63,662 nt of DNA, filler included, from 5 parts of 5 records of this genome joined end to end with filler, not necessarily neighbours in it; one strand, 5' to 3'; counted from the whole stretch's first letter, positions 20,779-32,741 are shown. Numbers and translations: made by a program. The notes: generated from the letters alone by a model not told the origin.

Positions 20779-21603
20779 ATGTTTTTTAAGCCCATGCGAT
20801 TACCTATTTTCACAATACTTTGCCTTACTATTTTTCTTTCATCTTGTAGCCAATATCAGAAGGTGCTTCGGAAGGACGATATGGGTAAAAAATATGCCTT
20901 TGCTGATTCTCTTTATAAAAAGGGTAAGTATCGAAAAAGTTTGAAGTTGATGGAGCAAATAGTGCCTTCATACCGCGGAAAACCACAAGGCGAAAAACTA
21001 ATGTTTATATATGCTAATACGTATTATAATTTAGAAGATTTTTACCTTTCTGGGTATCAGTTTGAACGTTTTACGCAAGCATATCCACAAAGTGATAGTG
21101 CTGAAGTTGCTTCCTTTAAAGCAGCAAAAAGTTTTTACCAACTTTCACCAAGATATTCTTTAGATCAAAAAGACACGGGTAAAGGGCTGGAAAAGTTGCA
21201 GGAGTTTATTAATAAATATCCAAATTCAACTAAAAGAGTGGAGGCAAATACACTGGTAGCCGAGCTAACTGCAAAATTAGAAAAGAAAGAATTTGAAACT
21301 GCAAAACAATATTTGCGAGTTGAAGATTATAAAGCTGCAATTGATGCTTTTGATAATTTTATAACAGATAACCCAGGCTCGAAGCTTAGAAAAGATGCCT
21401 TTTACGGAAGGTTTATAGCTGCATACAAATTGGCTGTAAATAGTATTCCATCGCTTGTTCAAGAACGATTGGTAACTGCAAAAGGATATTATAACAACTT
21501 TATGAAGTATTATAAAGATACAGATTTAGCGCCAGAAGCGATAGAGATTTTTCAGGACATTGAAGCTAAAACTGTAACCACAGAAAAAGAACCCACAAGT
21601 TAA
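20779..21603 (+). CDS. bamD: Outer-membrane assembly lipoprotein BamD
   Basis: Lipobox LSSC, TPR-like helices, LDQ..T and YPNS motifs; bamD-rpoZ-coaBC synteny. Confidence 0.85.
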   Translation: MFFKPMRLPIFTILCLTIFLSSCSQYQKVLRKDDMGKKYAFADSLYKKGKYRKSLKLMEQIVPSYRGKPQGEKLMFIYANTYYNLEDFYLSGYQFERFTQAYPQSDSAEVASFKAAKSFYQLSPRYSLDQKDTGKGLEKLQEFINKYPNSTKRVEANTLVAELTAKLEKKEFETAKQYLRVEDYKAAIDAFDNFITDNPGSKLRKDAFYGRFIAAYKLAVNSIPSLVQERLVTAKGYYNNFMKYYKDTDLAPEAIEIFQDIEAKTVTTEKEPTS

Positions 21604-21614
21604 TAAATTATATT

Positions 21615-21944
21615 ATGGACATTAAAAATTCAGAAGCACCTATCAATACTGTTACTTTAGACAAGAACTTGATTGATGCACCAACCAACAATATTTACGA
21701 AGCTATTTCGATTATTTCGAAGAGAGCTTCACAAATTAATGGTGATATTAAAAAAGAACTTCTAGAGAAACTTGATGAGTTTGCAACTTATAACGACAGT
21801 TTAGAAGAGATTTTTGAAAACAAAGAGCAAATTGAAGTTTCAAAATTCTACGAAAAACTTCCAAAACCACACGCTTTAGCAGTACAAGAATGGTTAGAAA
21901 ATAAAATCTACCATAGAAATACTGCAGACGAAGTAGTAGAGTAA
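21615..21944 (+). CDS. rpoZ: RNA polymerase omega subunit (Bacteroidetes type)
   Basis: NIYEAISIISKRA and EQIEVSKFYEKLPKP motifs. Confidence 0.85.
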   Translation: MDIKNSEAPINTVTLDKNLIDAPTNNIYEAISIISKRASQINGDIKKELLEKLDEFATYNDSLEEIFENKEQIEVSKFYEKLPKPHALAVQEWLENKIYHRNTADEVVE

Positions 21945-22041
21945 GCGCCTAGCCCCGAAAGGGAAACAGTACGTATAGTAACATTAGCAATTCTGAACGC
22001 TACGTATTGGCTGTTAAATACTTAATACTGAATACTGAATC

Positions 22042-23268
22042 ATGGCTGTTTTAAACGGGAAAAATATCTTGCTTGGCGTTACCGGCGGGATTGCCGCGTA
22101 CAAAGCAGCTTTTTTAGTTAGGCTTCTAACTAAAAAAGGGGCCAATGTAAAAGTTGTAATGACTACTGCTGCAAAGGAGTTTGTTACGCCTTTAACCCTT
22201 TCTACACTCTCAAAAAATGAGGTGTATTCATCTTTCACAAATGATGAAGCTGATTCCGATAATTTTCAGGAACCAACATGGAATAACCATGTGGAACTTG
22301 CACTTTGGGCTGATTTAATTTTAATAGCTCCAGCCACAGCAAATACGATGTCCAAAATGGCACATGGTAGCTGCGACAATCTTTTATTGGCTATTTATCT
22401 TTCTGCAAAATGTCCTGTTTATTATGCTCCAGCAATGGATTTGGATATGTACAAGCATCCAACCACCAATGCGGTTTTTGAAAAATTAAATAACTTCGGA
22501 AATATTCAAATTCCAGCAGCATTTGGGGAACTTGCAAGCGGATTAGTAGGGCAGGGAAGAATGGCGGAACCTGAAGAAATTATTTTATTTCTTGAGAATG
22601 ATATTTTGAAAAAACTTCCACTTCGTGGGAAGAAAATGCTAATTACAGCTGGGCCAACCTATGAAGCTATTGATCCCGTTCGTTTTATAGGAAATCATTC
22701 TAGTGGGAAAATGGGGTATGCAATTGCAGAAGCAGCTGCCAATCTAGGTGCTGAGGTTGTTTTAGTTTCGGGTCCTGTAAACCTAAAACTCGAAAATGAT
22801 TTTGTGAAAATTATACATATTACTTCAGCCGAAGAAATGTATAAAGCTGCACATCAATATTTCGAAAGTAGCGATATTGCTGTTTTAAGCGCTGCCGTTG
22901 CAGATTATCGACCTTTAGAAATTGCTTCAGAAAAAATAAAAAAGAAAACAGAAGATCTTTCACTTCAACTTACAAAAACCAAAGATATTCTGGCTTCTTT
23001 AGGTGAAATAAAGCAAAAACAATTCCTAGTAGGTTTTGCACTAGAAACAGAAAATGAAGAAGAAAATGCAAAATTGAAACTCAAAAAAAAGAATTTAGAT
23101 TTAATTGTGTTAAATTCGCTTCGAGACAAAGGTGCTGGTTTTAAAACAGACACCAATAAAATTACTTTAATTACGAAAGACAATAAAGTGCTTCCTTTTC
23201 CTGTTAAACCTAAAAAAGAAGTAGCAATAGATATTTTAGAATATATTATAGAACAGACAAATGCGTAA
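22042..23268 (+). CDS. coaBC: Phosphopantothenoylcysteine decarboxylase/synthetase
   Basis: GGIAAYK, APATAN, PAMD, TAGPT.E.IDPVRFI.N.SSGKMG and GFALET motifs. Confidence 0.95.
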   Translation: MAVLNGKNILLGVTGGIAAYKAAFLVRLLTKKGANVKVVMTTAAKEFVTPLTLSTLSKNEVYSSFTNDEADSDNFQEPTWNNHVELALWADLILIAPATANTMSKMAHGSCDNLLLAIYLSAKCPVYYAPAMDLDMYKHPTTNAVFEKLNNFGNIQIPAAFGELASGLVGQGRMAEPEEIILFLENDILKKLPLRGKKMLITAGPTYEAIDPVRFIGNHSSGKMGYAIAEAAANLGAEVVLVSGPVNLKLENDFVKIIHITSAEEMYKAAHQYFESSDIAVLSAAVADYRPLEIASEKIKKKTEDLSLQLTKTKDILASLGEIKQKQFLVGFALETENEEENAKLKLKKKNLDLIVLNSLRDKGAGFKTDTNKITLITKDNKVLPFPVKPKKEVAIDILEYIIEQTNA

Positions 23269-24151
23269 AATTTTACTTTTCTTACTATGTACTACAGCTG
23301 TGTTTTCTACGCAAGCTCAAGAACTTAATTGTACCGTTACCATCGATGCTGAACAAACTGGACAACCAAATTTGCAGATTTTCCGAACTTTGGAAACTCA
23401 ACTGCGCGAATTTATAACCAATACAAAATGGACGAACCAGGAATATAAAAATCAAGAGCGTATTGATTGTAACTTTTCATTGATAATAAGTCAGTTTGAT
23501 GGCGATTCTTTTAGTGGTACACTACAAATACAGTCGTCACGTCCAGCATTTGCTTCTACGTACGACAGCCCTGTGTATAATTATATAGACAAGCAAGTAA
23601 GTTTTAACTATAAAGAATTTGAGCCGTTAAACTTTAACATGAATTCCTTTAGCTCAAATCTCGTTTCTGTAATTGCATTTCATGTGTATACGGTTATTGG
23701 TTTAGATGCAGATACCTATACAATGAATGGTGGTGAGTCGTATTTTGAAATTGCCAAACAAATAACAAATACAGCGGCTTCAAGTAATTTTACAGGTTGG
23801 AAAGCTACAGACGGAAATCAGTCACGATACAGATATAATGATGCTTTGGTTTCATCTGTTTATAAAGAATTTCATACTGTAATGTACGAATACCACCGTG
23901 ATGGAATGGATAAAATGGCGGCAGACCAGAAAGAGGCAAAGCAGAAATTAGCTGATGCAATTAATACGTTAAAAGGTATAAATGACAGACGACCAAACTC
24001 ATACTTATTACGTACTTTCTTTGATGCTAAAAGTGACGAAATACAAGCTATTTTTAGCGGAGGGCCACAAGTAGATATTACTAAATTAGTTGAAAATCTT
24101 AACAGAATGGCGCCGACTAAACGAAGTAATTGGGCCGAAATTAAGTTTTAG
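23261..24151 (+). CDS. DUF4835/PorD-like protein
   Basis: Signal peptide followed by QELNC, and FFDAKSDE; lies between coaBC and recN. Confidence 0.7.
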   Translation: MRKILLFLLCTTAVFSTQAQELNCTVTIDAEQTGQPNLQIFRTLETQLREFITNTKWTNQEYKNQERIDCNFSLIISQFDGDSFSGTLQIQSSRPAFASTYDSPVYNYIDKQVSFNYKEFEPLNFNMNSFSSNLVSVIAFHVYTVIGLDADTYTMNGGESYFEIAKQITNTAASSNFTGWKATDGNQSRYRYNDALVSSVYKEFHTVMYEYHRDGMDKMAADQKEAKQKLADAINTLKGINDRRPNSYLLRTFFDAKSDEIQAIFSGGPQVDITKLVENLNRMAPTKRSNWAEIKF

Positions 24152-24299
24152 TTTTCTTCAAGATTACTTAAACTAATTAATAACTTTCCTCTAAATTTAT
24201 AACTGCAATCCCAATACTTGAGCCCAACTCAATATTTGAAATTAATACTTTCGAAGTTTAAAAAATAAAGTCTAACTTTTTAATAGCCAATACCTACAA

Positions 24300-25952
24300 G
24301 TGATAACCACATTAGCCATAAAAAACTATGCGCTCATCGAAGATATTCGTGTGGAACTTAATGAAGGTTTAACTATTATTACTGGTGAAACAGGAGCAGG
24401 GAAGTCAATACTTCTGGGTGCTTTGGCACTTTTATTAGGAAAAAGAGCAGATTTAGGAAGTGTAAAAGACGCTTCTAAAAAATGTGTGGTTGAAGGTTAT
24501 TTTCAAATAAAAGACTACGAATTAGAAAATATTTTTGAGGAAAACGATTTAGATTATGAACCTCAAACTATCATTCGTCGTGAAATTTTACCAAGTGGAA
24601 AATCCCGTGCTTTTGTAAACGACACACCTGTTACTTTGGGGCAATTACAAACACTTTCACCATATTTAATAGATGTTCATAGCCAGCATGAAACTTTAGA
24701 AATTGTTTCAGAAAACTTCCAGATGGAGGTAATTGATGCTTTGGCTGGAAATGCTTCACTATTAAAATCGTATAAAACTCAGTTTGAAAATTTCAAAGAG
24801 ATTTCAGAAAAACTTTTGACTTTGCAAAAGCAAAAAGAAAGCGCTTCTAAAGAACTGGATTTTAATACTTTTCTTTACAATGAACTTAAGCAAGCTGGTT
24901 TAAAAAAACTAAATCAGCAGGAACTTGAAGATACCTATGAAACGCTAAATAATGCTGAAGCCATACAGGAAGCGCTTTCAGGGGTAAATAAATTTTTTGA
25001 TGAAGAACAGATTGGTGCTATTGAAACAGCAAAACAAGCTAGAATTCTTTTAGGAAAAATTAAAGGTTTTTCAGCAACTTTTGAAGGTTTTTGGGAGCGT
25101 TTAAACAGTGTGATTCTTGAGTTGGAGGATATTTCAAGTGAAGTTAGTGATGCTTCAGAAAAAATTGCAGCAGATCCTGAAATGTTATTTCAGGTGAATG
25201 AAAAATTGCAAACACTCTATAAATTACAACAAAAACATGCAGTTTCAACGGTTTCTGAATTAGTTGAAATAGAAGAGAAACTAGAAGAAACAGTAACCAT
25301 TACTTTGGGGCTTGATGAGCAGATTGCAGGTTTAGATAATGAAAAGAAAAGGCTACGTGAAATTGCGTTGCAAACTGCTATGCAACTTCACAAAAAAAGA
25401 GAAGAAGCCATTCCGTTGTTAAAAAAGAAACTTGAAGAAACACTTTATCCTTTAGGCTTGCCAAATGCTCAATTTAAATTTGAGCTTTCAACCTCTGATG
25501 AATTTAAACAAAATGGCACCGATGTATTGCAATTATTATTTACTGCAAACAAAGGCTTGGCGTTTGGTTCGTTAAAAAAAGTAGCTTCTGGAGGCGAAAT
25601 GAGTAGAATAATGCTTGCAATAAAAGCAGTTTTGGCGGAATATAAAAAACTCCCAACAATTGTTTTTGATGAAATTGATACTGGTGTTTCAGGTGAAGTT
25701 GCTAATAAAATGGCTGCTATAATGCATAAAATGAGTAAAACGATGCAGTTGTTAAGCATCACTCATTTACCGCAGATTGCTGCCAAAGGCGACCATCATT
25801 TAAAAGTATATAAAGAAGATACTAACGAAGTTACCACCACGCACATAGCTGTTTTGAAGGATGATGAGCGCGTTGTAGAAATAGCGCAAATGATAGGTGG
25901 AAAAAATGTTTCGGAAGCGGCACTAGCAAATGCAAAAGAATTATTGAATTAA
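24300..25952 (+). CDS. recN: DNA repair protein RecN
   Basis: TGETGAGKS, ASGGEMSR, FDEIDTG and ITHLPQ motifs. Confidence 0.96.
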   Translation: MITTLAIKNYALIEDIRVELNEGLTIITGETGAGKSILLGALALLLGKRADLGSVKDASKKCVVEGYFQIKDYELENIFEENDLDYEPQTIIRREILPSGKSRAFVNDTPVTLGQLQTLSPYLIDVHSQHETLEIVSENFQMEVIDALAGNASLLKSYKTQFENFKEISEKLLTLQKQKESASKELDFNTFLYNELKQAGLKKLNQQELEDTYETLNNAEAIQEALSGVNKFFDEEQIGAIETAKQARILLGKIKGFSATFEGFWERLNSVILELEDISSEVSDASEKIAADPEMLFQVNEKLQTLYKLQQKHAVSTVSELVEIEEKLEETVTITLGLDEQIAGLDNEKKRLREIALQTAMQLHKKREEAIPLLKKKLEETLYPLGLPNAQFKFELSTSDEFKQNGTDVLQLLFTANKGLAFGSLKKVASGGEMSRIMLAIKAVLAEYKKLPTIVFDEIDTGVSGEVANKMAAIMHKMSKTMQLLSITHLPQIAAKGDHHLKVYKEDTNEVTTTHIAVLKDDERVVEIAQMIGGKNVSEAALANAKELLN

Positions 25953-26100
25953 AATGTATCTTTACTTTTTTTAAATGCAACAAAAAAACTAGTTAAAAAA
26001 CTGAATTACAGAAACCATACTTTAGGGTTTGGTTTACTGTTTTTAAAGGGAAAAGAAACATTTCATATAAAAATCATTCAACCATAAAATACTTTAAAAC

Positions 26101-26646
26101 ATGTCTTATAATTTACTAAAAGGAAAACGTGGAATTATTTTTGGGGCGCTGGACGAAAATTCCATTGCTTGGAAAACAGCAGAACTCATACACGAAGAAG
26201 GCGGAAAATTTGTACTAACTAATGCGCCAATTGCTTTAAGAATGGGGCAAATAAAAGAACTTGCCGAAAAAACAAATTCTGAAGTTATCCCAGCAGATGC
26301 TACAAGTTTGGAAGACCTAGGAAACCTTGTAGATAAAGCTACAGAAATATTAGGAGGCAAATTAGACTTTGTTTTGCATTCTATCGGGATGTCTGTAAAC
26401 GTTCGTAAAGGGAATCATTACACCAACCAGAACTATGATTTTACACATAAAGGTTGGGATATTTCTGCGGGATCATTTCATAAAACAATGCAGGTGCTTT
26501 ATCAAAAAGACGCTATGAACGAGTGGGGGAGCATCGTTGCGCTTACCTATATGGCGGCACAGCGTGTTTTTCCAGATTATAACGATATGGCAGATAACAA
26601 AGCGTATTTGGAGAGTATAGCGCGTAGTTTTGGATATTTCTTCGGA
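26101..26646 (+). CDS. fabI: Enoyl-ACP reductase, truncated at contig end
   Basis: SIAW, LHSIGMS and Y..M...KA.LES motifs. Confidence 0.85.
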
Positions 26647-26746
26647 NNNNNNNNNNNNNNNNNNNNNNNNNNNNNNNNNNNNNNNNNNNNTTAATTAATT
26701 AANNNNNNNNNNNNNNNNNNNNNNNNNNNNNNNNNNNNNNNNNNNN
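26647..26746. other. Artificial contig linker
   Basis: N44-TTAATTAATTAA-N44 (stops in all six frames); genes truncated and composition jumps across it. Confidence 0.98.
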
Positions 26747-26862
26747 TAGACCTAGCCTTCTTTTATGAGCGTTTTTATCGTTTCGGGCGGTCAAGGAAAA
26801 TGCAGAACCGACGACTTTTCTGTCAATTACGGCTCCGGCCCCATTTTTATGACCTGATTGAA

Positions 26863-27549
26863 CTATAAGACTTTCGCAAAGCTTTTTACAAGCCTTACAA
26901 GCGCTTCGCAATCGGGGAAATGCCAATCTGGTCCAAGATTCGCGGAATTCGTGGTGTCCCCGTGGCCGGTAACTTCGTCGCCGATCAGTATCGCGGTTGC
27001 ACCAACATTGCGCGCGCACTGAATATCGACCACGCTATCACCCACAAACCACAGATTCTCATATTGCGCCGCAGCAGAGTCGCCCATCGCCAGATGCACC
27101 GGATCAGCCGCCGGTTTGTCTTTTTTTGCATCTGTAGCCCCGACCACACCACCGAAAAAATGCCCCCAACCAAGATAGGCAACTTCCGAGCGCAGAAAAT
27201 CACCGTTCTTGTTGCTAACCACCCCCATATAGGCACCAGTATCACGAAGCGCACCCAAAAGATCATGCGCGCCCGCGAGTGGCGTAAGGGTTTCCAAGTG
27301 TATCGCCTTGAAATGGGTATAGAAACGGTCTTTGGCTTCTTCCCAGCGGTCGTCGCCAAACAGTGTTGGGAAACTGTCCCGCAATGAACGCGCGACCCGT
27401 GTTTTTGTCTCGGCAAGGTCCCACCGATCCTTTCCAAAATCATCAAATGTCAGATTAAGAGCCGCCTGAATGGTTTCCCAGCTATCGACCAGCGTGTTGT
27501 CCCAGTCGAAAATAACGGCTTTGGGCGGCAATAGCATTTTTTCTGACAT
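26863..27549 (-). CDS. HAD-family hydrolase (phosphoglycolate phosphatase-like)
   Basis: FDWDNTL, SNK, KP and GDSVVD motifs. Confidence 0.88.
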   Translation of the reverse strand: MSEKMLLPPKAVIFDWDNTLVDSWETIQAALNLTFDDFGKDRWDLAETKTRVARSLRDSFPTLFGDDRWEEAKDRFYTHFKAIHLETLTPLAGAHDLLGALRDTGAYMGVVSNKNGDFLRSEVAYLGWGHFFGGVVGATDAKKDKPAADPVHLAMGDSAAAQYENLWFVGDSVVDIQCARNVGATAILIGDEVTGHGDTTNSANLGPDWHFPDCEALVRLVKSFAKVL

Positions 27550-27611
27550 GAATATATCCGGAACGCACGTTAATCTGATTTACAATAATAATTCTGCAAG
27601 CCTTTGAATTT

Positions 27612-28991
27612 TTAGAAATATTCCAGCCGTACAGCAAACATCTTTTCGACCTTTTTGATTTGCTCGGAGCCCGCAAAGACCACAATCCGGTCATTGGCTT
27701 CGATTACCGTATTGGCGCGTGGCATCACGACTTCGCCATCGCGCAGGATTGCACCAAACACGACGCCTGCCGGCATGGCAATATCCTTGATCGCCTTACC
27801 GACAATAGGTGCTGTCTCAAGTGCTTCTGCTTCCAGAACTTCTCCAAATCCTTCGGAAAGACTGTGCACCGCACGAATTCGCCCACGACGAACATGGTGC
27901 AGAATGGTCGACACCGTCGTCATGCGCGGGCTGATGACAACGTCAATCCCAAGCTCGGAGACCAAGGATGTATAGGTGCTTTTGTTAATTAGCGTCAGCG
28001 CGCGCGGGCAGCCATACCGTTTCGCCAGAAGCGATGACAGAATGTTGGTTTCATCATCGTTTGTCAGCGCGACAACCGCCTCGGCATTGCCGACATTGGC
28101 CTCTTCCAGCAGTTCGGGATCAAGCACATCCCCCCGCAGAACCACGCTTTTCTTTGGCAGTTTCTGAGCTACGAAACGGGCACGTTCCGGATCCGCCTCG
28201 ATCAGGCGGGTGGTGACACCTGGGAAGTTCTGATTGATTTCCTCGGCCAGGAAAAGTGCGATGTTCCCCCCCCCGAAAATAACGATCCGTCGTGCTTCCG
28301 GGTCTTCGTGACCAAAGGCCGACATGGCGCGATCCACCTGGTCACTGGACACCGCCAGATAGACCAGATCGCCAGCCAGCATCTGATCATCGCCCTTGGG
28401 ATAAACCGGTTTATCATTACGGATCATACCCAGGATCGAAATATTTAGGTCCGGGAACAACTGGTGCAACTGCCGAAGCGGTGTATTGATCACCGGACAA
28501 TCTTCGTTGCAGCGAAGACCAAGGATTTTGACCTTGTCATCCGCAAACGGGATCATGTCGAATGCACCGGGCGCCCGTAAACGCCGTGCGACGGCGCGGG
28601 CTACTTCCATTTCCGGGGAAATCACAACATCAATCGGAAGTTTTTCGCGACCAAACAGGCTGGCCCATTCCGGTTGCAGATAGGTCTGGCTGCGAATACG
28701 GGCGATTTTCGTCGGCACATTAAACAGCGAATGCGCAACCTGACAGGCCGTCATGTTGACTTCGTCGGCAAAGGTCACCGCGATCAGCATATCTGCTTCA
28801 TCGGCCCCAGCCTGCTGCAAGACATCAGGATGTGATCCAAAGCCGATGATACCCTTGACTTCCAGTGTATCGGAAATCTTGCGAACCAATTCTTCCGACT
28901 GGTCGATAACCGTCACATCATTGTTTTCGGCAGCAAGGTATTTGGCAATGTGGAAGCCCACCTGCCCGGCGCCGCAAATGATGACCTTCAT
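27612..28991 (-). CDS. trkA: Trk K+ uptake NAD-binding subunit
   Basis: GAGQVG and GGGNIA in two RCK modules. Confidence 0.93.
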   Translation of the reverse strand: MKVIICGAGQVGFHIAKYLAAENNDVTVIDQSEELVRKISDTLEVKGIIGFGSHPDVLQQAGADEADMLIAVTFADEVNMTACQVAHSLFNVPTKIARIRSQTYLQPEWASLFGREKLPIDVVISPEMEVARAVARRLRAPGAFDMIPFADDKVKILGLRCNEDCPVINTPLRQLHQLFPDLNISILGMIRNDKPVYPKGDDQMLAGDLVYLAVSSDQVDRAMSAFGHEDPEARRIVIFGGGNIALFLAEEINQNFPGVTTRLIEADPERARFVAQKLPKKSVVLRGDVLDPELLEEANVGNAEAVVALTNDDETNILSSLLAKRYGCPRALTLINKSTYTSLVSELGIDVVISPRMTTVSTILHHVRRGRIRAVHSLSEGFGEVLEAEALETAPIVGKAIKDIAMPAGVVFGAILRDGEVVMPRANTVIEANDRIVVFAGSEQIKKVEKMFAVRLEYF

Positions 28992-29034
28992 TGTTTCGTC
29001 TCCCGTTCAAAAGTTCCGGATCGTATGAGGCGGC

Positions 29035-30417
29035 TTATTCAGCACGTTCTCCATTCACGCCCAGACTTTTGAGTTTTCGATGCAAGGCCGAACGTTCCAT
29101 TCCTACAAAACTTGCGGTTTTGGAAATATTCCCGCCAAAGCGCTCTACCTGTGTCTGAAGATATTCCTTTTCGAACATCTCGCGGGCTTCACGCAGTGGC
29201 AATGCCATGATTTCACTGGTTTTATCAAAATTCAAAGATACAGGAACATCTTCAAACAGCTCGGCTGGCAGCATTTTACCGCTGATAATATCCGTACTGT
29301 CATCCGGCGCCATGATCATCAATCGTTCAATCACATTTCGCAGCTGACGAACGTTTCCCGGCCAGTCATAGGAATGCAACGCAGCCAATGCTTCCCCCGA
29401 CAGTTTACGCTTTGGCAGGCCGGTCGCTTCGGCGTAACGCACAAGGAACCATTCGGCAAGATCCGGGATATCATCGCGACGTTGCTGCAATGACGGCACC
29501 TGCAAGGGTACAACATTCAGACGGTAGTATAAATCCTGACGGAAACGCTGTTCAGCAATACGCTCTTCCAGGTCGCGCGCAGTCGTCGCAACGACACGAA
29601 CATCAACACTGACCGGAACAGAACCACCAACACGTTCAAAGGTTTGTTCTTGCAGCACACGAACGATTTTTCCTTGCGTTTCCAGTGGCATATCAGCCAC
29701 TTCATCAAGCAAAAGCGTACCGCCATGTGCGAGTTCGAGCACCCCGGTGCGGGCTTCCCGATTGGCAGCCGCAACCGCACCAAACAGGGATTCCTCCATC
29801 GTTTCCGGCGAAATATTTGCGCAGTTCAGCACAACGAATGGTGCATCTGAACGGGCGGAATTTTTGTGGATCAGGCGCGCGACAACCTCTTTTCCCGAAC
29901 CAGCAGGGCCTGAAATCAGGATACGGCTTCCTGTGCGGGCAACCCGATCAATGGCCTGGCGCAATCCGTTGATGGCACTTGAGCTACCTACAAGTTCGGT
30001 ATCGCCCCCTGCCCGCATGGTTAGTTCGCGGTTTTCGCGGCGCAGGCGCGCATCATCGATGGCACGCTCAACCACCAGCAAAAGCCGATCCGTATTGAAC
30101 GGTTTTTCGATGAAATCATATGCCCCGTTGCGTGAAGCTTCGAGCGCGGTTTCAATATTTCCGTGGCCGGAAATCATGACTACAGGGACTTCGCTATGCT
30201 CACGTTTGATCAGCTTGAGAGTCTCGATACCATCGTGATCGCTTTCATCCATCCAGATATCGAGGATAACAAGGCTCGGACGGCGTGCAGCAACCTCGGA
30301 AAGCGCTTCCTGGCTGGAGCCTGCCTGACGGGTCTTGTGTCCTTCGTCTTCCAGAATTCCGGCAATCAGAGCCCGGATATCTTCTTCATCATCGACGATC
30401 AGAATATCGTGCGCCAT
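29035..30417 (-). CDS. ntrX: Response regulator NtrX
   Basis: REC domain (LDIW, ISGHG), AAA+ domain lacking GAFTGA, HTH ERSALHRKLK; downstream of ntrY. Confidence 0.92.
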   Translation of the reverse strand: MAHDILIVDDEEDIRALIAGILEDEGHKTRQAGSSQEALSEVAARRPSLVILDIWMDESDHDGIETLKLIKREHSEVPVVMISGHGNIETALEASRNGAYDFIEKPFNTDRLLLVVERAIDDARLRRENRELTMRAGGDTELVGSSSAINGLRQAIDRVARTGSRILISGPAGSGKEVVARLIHKNSARSDAPFVVLNCANISPETMEESLFGAVAAANREARTGVLELAHGGTLLLDEVADMPLETQGKIVRVLQEQTFERVGGSVPVSVDVRVVATTARDLEERIAEQRFRQDLYYRLNVVPLQVPSLQQRRDDIPDLAEWFLVRYAEATGLPKRKLSGEALAALHSYDWPGNVRQLRNVIERLMIMAPDDSTDIISGKMLPAELFEDVPVSLNFDKTSEIMALPLREAREMFEKEYLQTQVERFGGNISKTASFVGMERSALHRKLKSLGVNGERAE

Positions 30418-30467
30418 GTCTTGACCAATATGCCCGTATTTAAATTATTGCTGATGAAACAACCAGA

Positions 30468-32741
30468 TCAGTTGTTCAAAGAATTGCTGTCCGCAGTATA
30501 TTCAGCAGTTATGTGTTTGCCTGCGGTCGGAAACGCCAGCGTAATGGTTGCACCGCTCTCGACACCGTCGGCAAGTATAAGCTCTCCGCCATGGTCTTCC
30601 ATGATTTTCTTGACGATTGCAAGACCAAGACCAGTACCTTTTGATCGTGTGGTCACGTAGGGTTCGGTCAGCCTTTCACGGTTTTCAACCGGTAGACCTT
30701 TGCCATTATCCGAAACTGTCACATAGATACGTTGATTTTCATCAGAACGTGTCACAGAAATTTCGATACGTCCTTGTGGAAGTTCGGTAACATCACCTTC
30801 CCGCCCCTCGATCGCCTCTGCGGCGTTTTTAAGGGTGTTGGTCAGACATTGGTTAACTTGACGCGCATCACAGGATACCTCAATTTCTCGACCTGCCTTT
30901 GCGTCGAAGTCATAGATGATTTTGGTGTAGGCCTGTTTTTGCAGGAACACGGCACCTTTCACCAGATCAACAATCTTTTCCGATTTCATCTTTGGCGATG
31001 GCATTCGGGCAAAGCTTGAAAATTCGTCAACCATGCGTCCGATATCTCCAACCTGACGAATAATCGTGTCGGTACAGGTTTTAAATACCTCGGTATCGCT
31101 TTGAATTTCCTTCAGGTATCGACGTTTAAGACGTTCTGCTGAAAGCTGTATCGGTGTTAGCGGGTTCTTGATCTCGTGGGCGATACGGCGAGCAACATCG
31201 GCCCATGCGGCCATCCGTTGCGCGGTTTGAAGTTCAGTGACATCGTCAAAAGTTACGACATATCCGAAAATAGACCGGTCTTCCGCACGCTCGATCGTGA
31301 CGCGCGCCAAAAGCATAAGGTTCAAACCATCGCGCCGTATTTCGATCTGCCGTGATTTACTGCGATCCCCTTCCTTGCTGAGATCTTCGAACAGCACGGA
31401 AAATTCCGGGATAACCTCGCAGATCGACTGCCCGATAGCCCCATCCAGATCAATTCCCATCAGGTCCGATGCACTGCGGTTTGGAAGATTGATGTGACAC
31501 TCTGCATCCAGTCCGATAACGCCTGCCGTCACACCACCCAAAATGGCTTCTGTAAAGCGCCGACGTTCATCATTCAGGCGGTTGGCTGCCACCAGTTCCG
31601 TCCGCTGCGTGTCAAGCTGGGACGTCATGCGGTTGAAGGCACGGGTTAATGCCTCAAGCTCGTCCTCCTGCCCCGCAAGTGGAACGCGGAAGGTTAAATC
31701 GCCATCGCTGACTTTTTCGGCACCGATGATCAACTGAGAAATCGGTTCAACCAATCGCGTTGCGACCATCAGCCCTAGCGTAACCGCCGCCAAAAGCAGA
31801 ACAACCGCGATCAGAACAAAGATCATGACAAAGGTGATCACGATCCCTGACCGTTCGCCTTCAAGGTTTTCGTATGCGGTAACCGCTTTGCGGGCCTTAT
31901 CGATACGTTCCAGCACATTGGGATCGACGAACCGGCCAACAAGAAGATACCCGTCAATGAAGCTATCAAGATGTGTCATTGCGCGGATGCGATTATCGGT
32001 ATTGCCCAAAATCAGAACCACATCATTATTTCGGGCGCGATCATATACTTCCTGCGGGATTGGCGACAAAACCGGATCGTATGAGAAACTGTAATCGGAT
32101 TGCGCCAGAACGGCTCCGCTTCCATCAATAATGACGGCTTCGGGCAAACCACGTGCATCTGCCTGCGCCGTCAGAATTCTGTTGATCCGCTCCCGGTCAG
32201 TTGCAAAGTTGACGCCAAGACGTTGAAGGTCATTGGCCGTTGCCAGAACGTCTGCCCGAATAAGTTCCTGATGTTCTTTCAGATATGCTTCGGCAATCAC
32301 CATACTTTCTTCGACGGCGGTTCGGATGCGATCACTGAACCATCCCTGAATACCGAAATGCAGGAACAACGCGGAAAATACGGCAACGATAATCGCTGGC
32401 GTTACCGCGACCAGCGAAAACAGCAGAACCATTCTTGTATGCAGTTTGGCGCCGGCCGTACCACGACGTCGCTCTGCCCATATCTGGACGAGCTTGCGGG
32501 CAACCAGCGTGGCAAGAGCAAGAACAAGAACAAGGTCAATATTCAGCAAAAGGATGATCAGACGGGGTTCAGGCCGTAGCGGCGCGGTACCGGTCATCGC
32601 GAGATAGGTCGCAAGAACAGATACAAGCGCGGCACAGACCAAACCTATCGCAAACTTTCGCGATTGGCTAAGTCGCCCCAGGAACCTGACAAACCACGAC
32701 TGCATAAGACGACTGGTGACGGGTCGTCCGGCTTCGGTCAT
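30468..32741 (-). CDS. ntrY: Sensor histidine kinase NtrY
   Basis: TM segments, [26 protein letters not shown] and GTGLGL. Confidence 0.92.
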   Translation of the reverse strand: MTEAGRPVTSRLMQSWFVRFLGRLSQSRKFAIGLVCAALVSVLATYLAMTGTAPLRPEPRLIILLLNIDLVLVLALATLVARKLVQIWAERRRGTAGAKLHTRMVLLFSLVAVTPAIIVAVFSALFLHFGIQGWFSDRIRTAVEESMVIAEAYLKEHQELIRADVLATANDLQRLGVNFATDRERINRILTAQADARGLPEAVIIDGSGAVLAQSDYSFSYDPVLSPIPQEVYDRARNNDVVLILGNTDNRIRAMTHLDSFIDGYLLVGRFVDPNVLERIDKARKAVTAYENLEGERSGIVITFVMIFVLIAVVLLLAAVTLGLMVATRLVEPISQLIIGAEKVSDGDLTFRVPLAGQEDELEALTRAFNRMTSQLDTQRTELVAANRLNDERRRFTEAILGGVTAGVIGLDAECHINLPNRSASDLMGIDLDGAIGQSICEVIPEFSVLFEDLSKEGDRSKSRQIEIRRDGLNLMLLARVTIERAEDRSIFGYVVTFDDVTELQTAQRMAAWADVARRIAHEIKNPLTPIQLSAERLKRRYLKEIQSDTEVFKTCTDTIIRQVGDIGRMVDEFSSFARMPSPKMKSEKIVDLVKGAVFLQKQAYTKIIYDFDAKAGREIEVSCDARQVNQCLTNTLKNAAEAIEGREGDVTELPQGRIEISVTRSDENQRIYVTVSDNGKGLPVENRERLTEPYVTTRSKGTGLGLAIVKKIMEDHGGELILADGVESGATITLAFPTAGKHITAEYTADSNSLNN

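Noticed and set aside
22017-22041. AATACTT-AATACTG-AATACTG heptamer run before coaBC
   Set aside because: Only three copies; short heptamer runs are common in AT-rich intergenic DNA.
26691-26702. TTAATTAATTAA palindrome occurring four times
   Set aside because: Synthetic six-frame-stop spacer within N padding, not biological.
28266-28274. C9 homopolymer in trkA as a phase-variation tract
   Set aside because: It encodes the GGG of the nucleotide-binding motif in an intact housekeeping frame.
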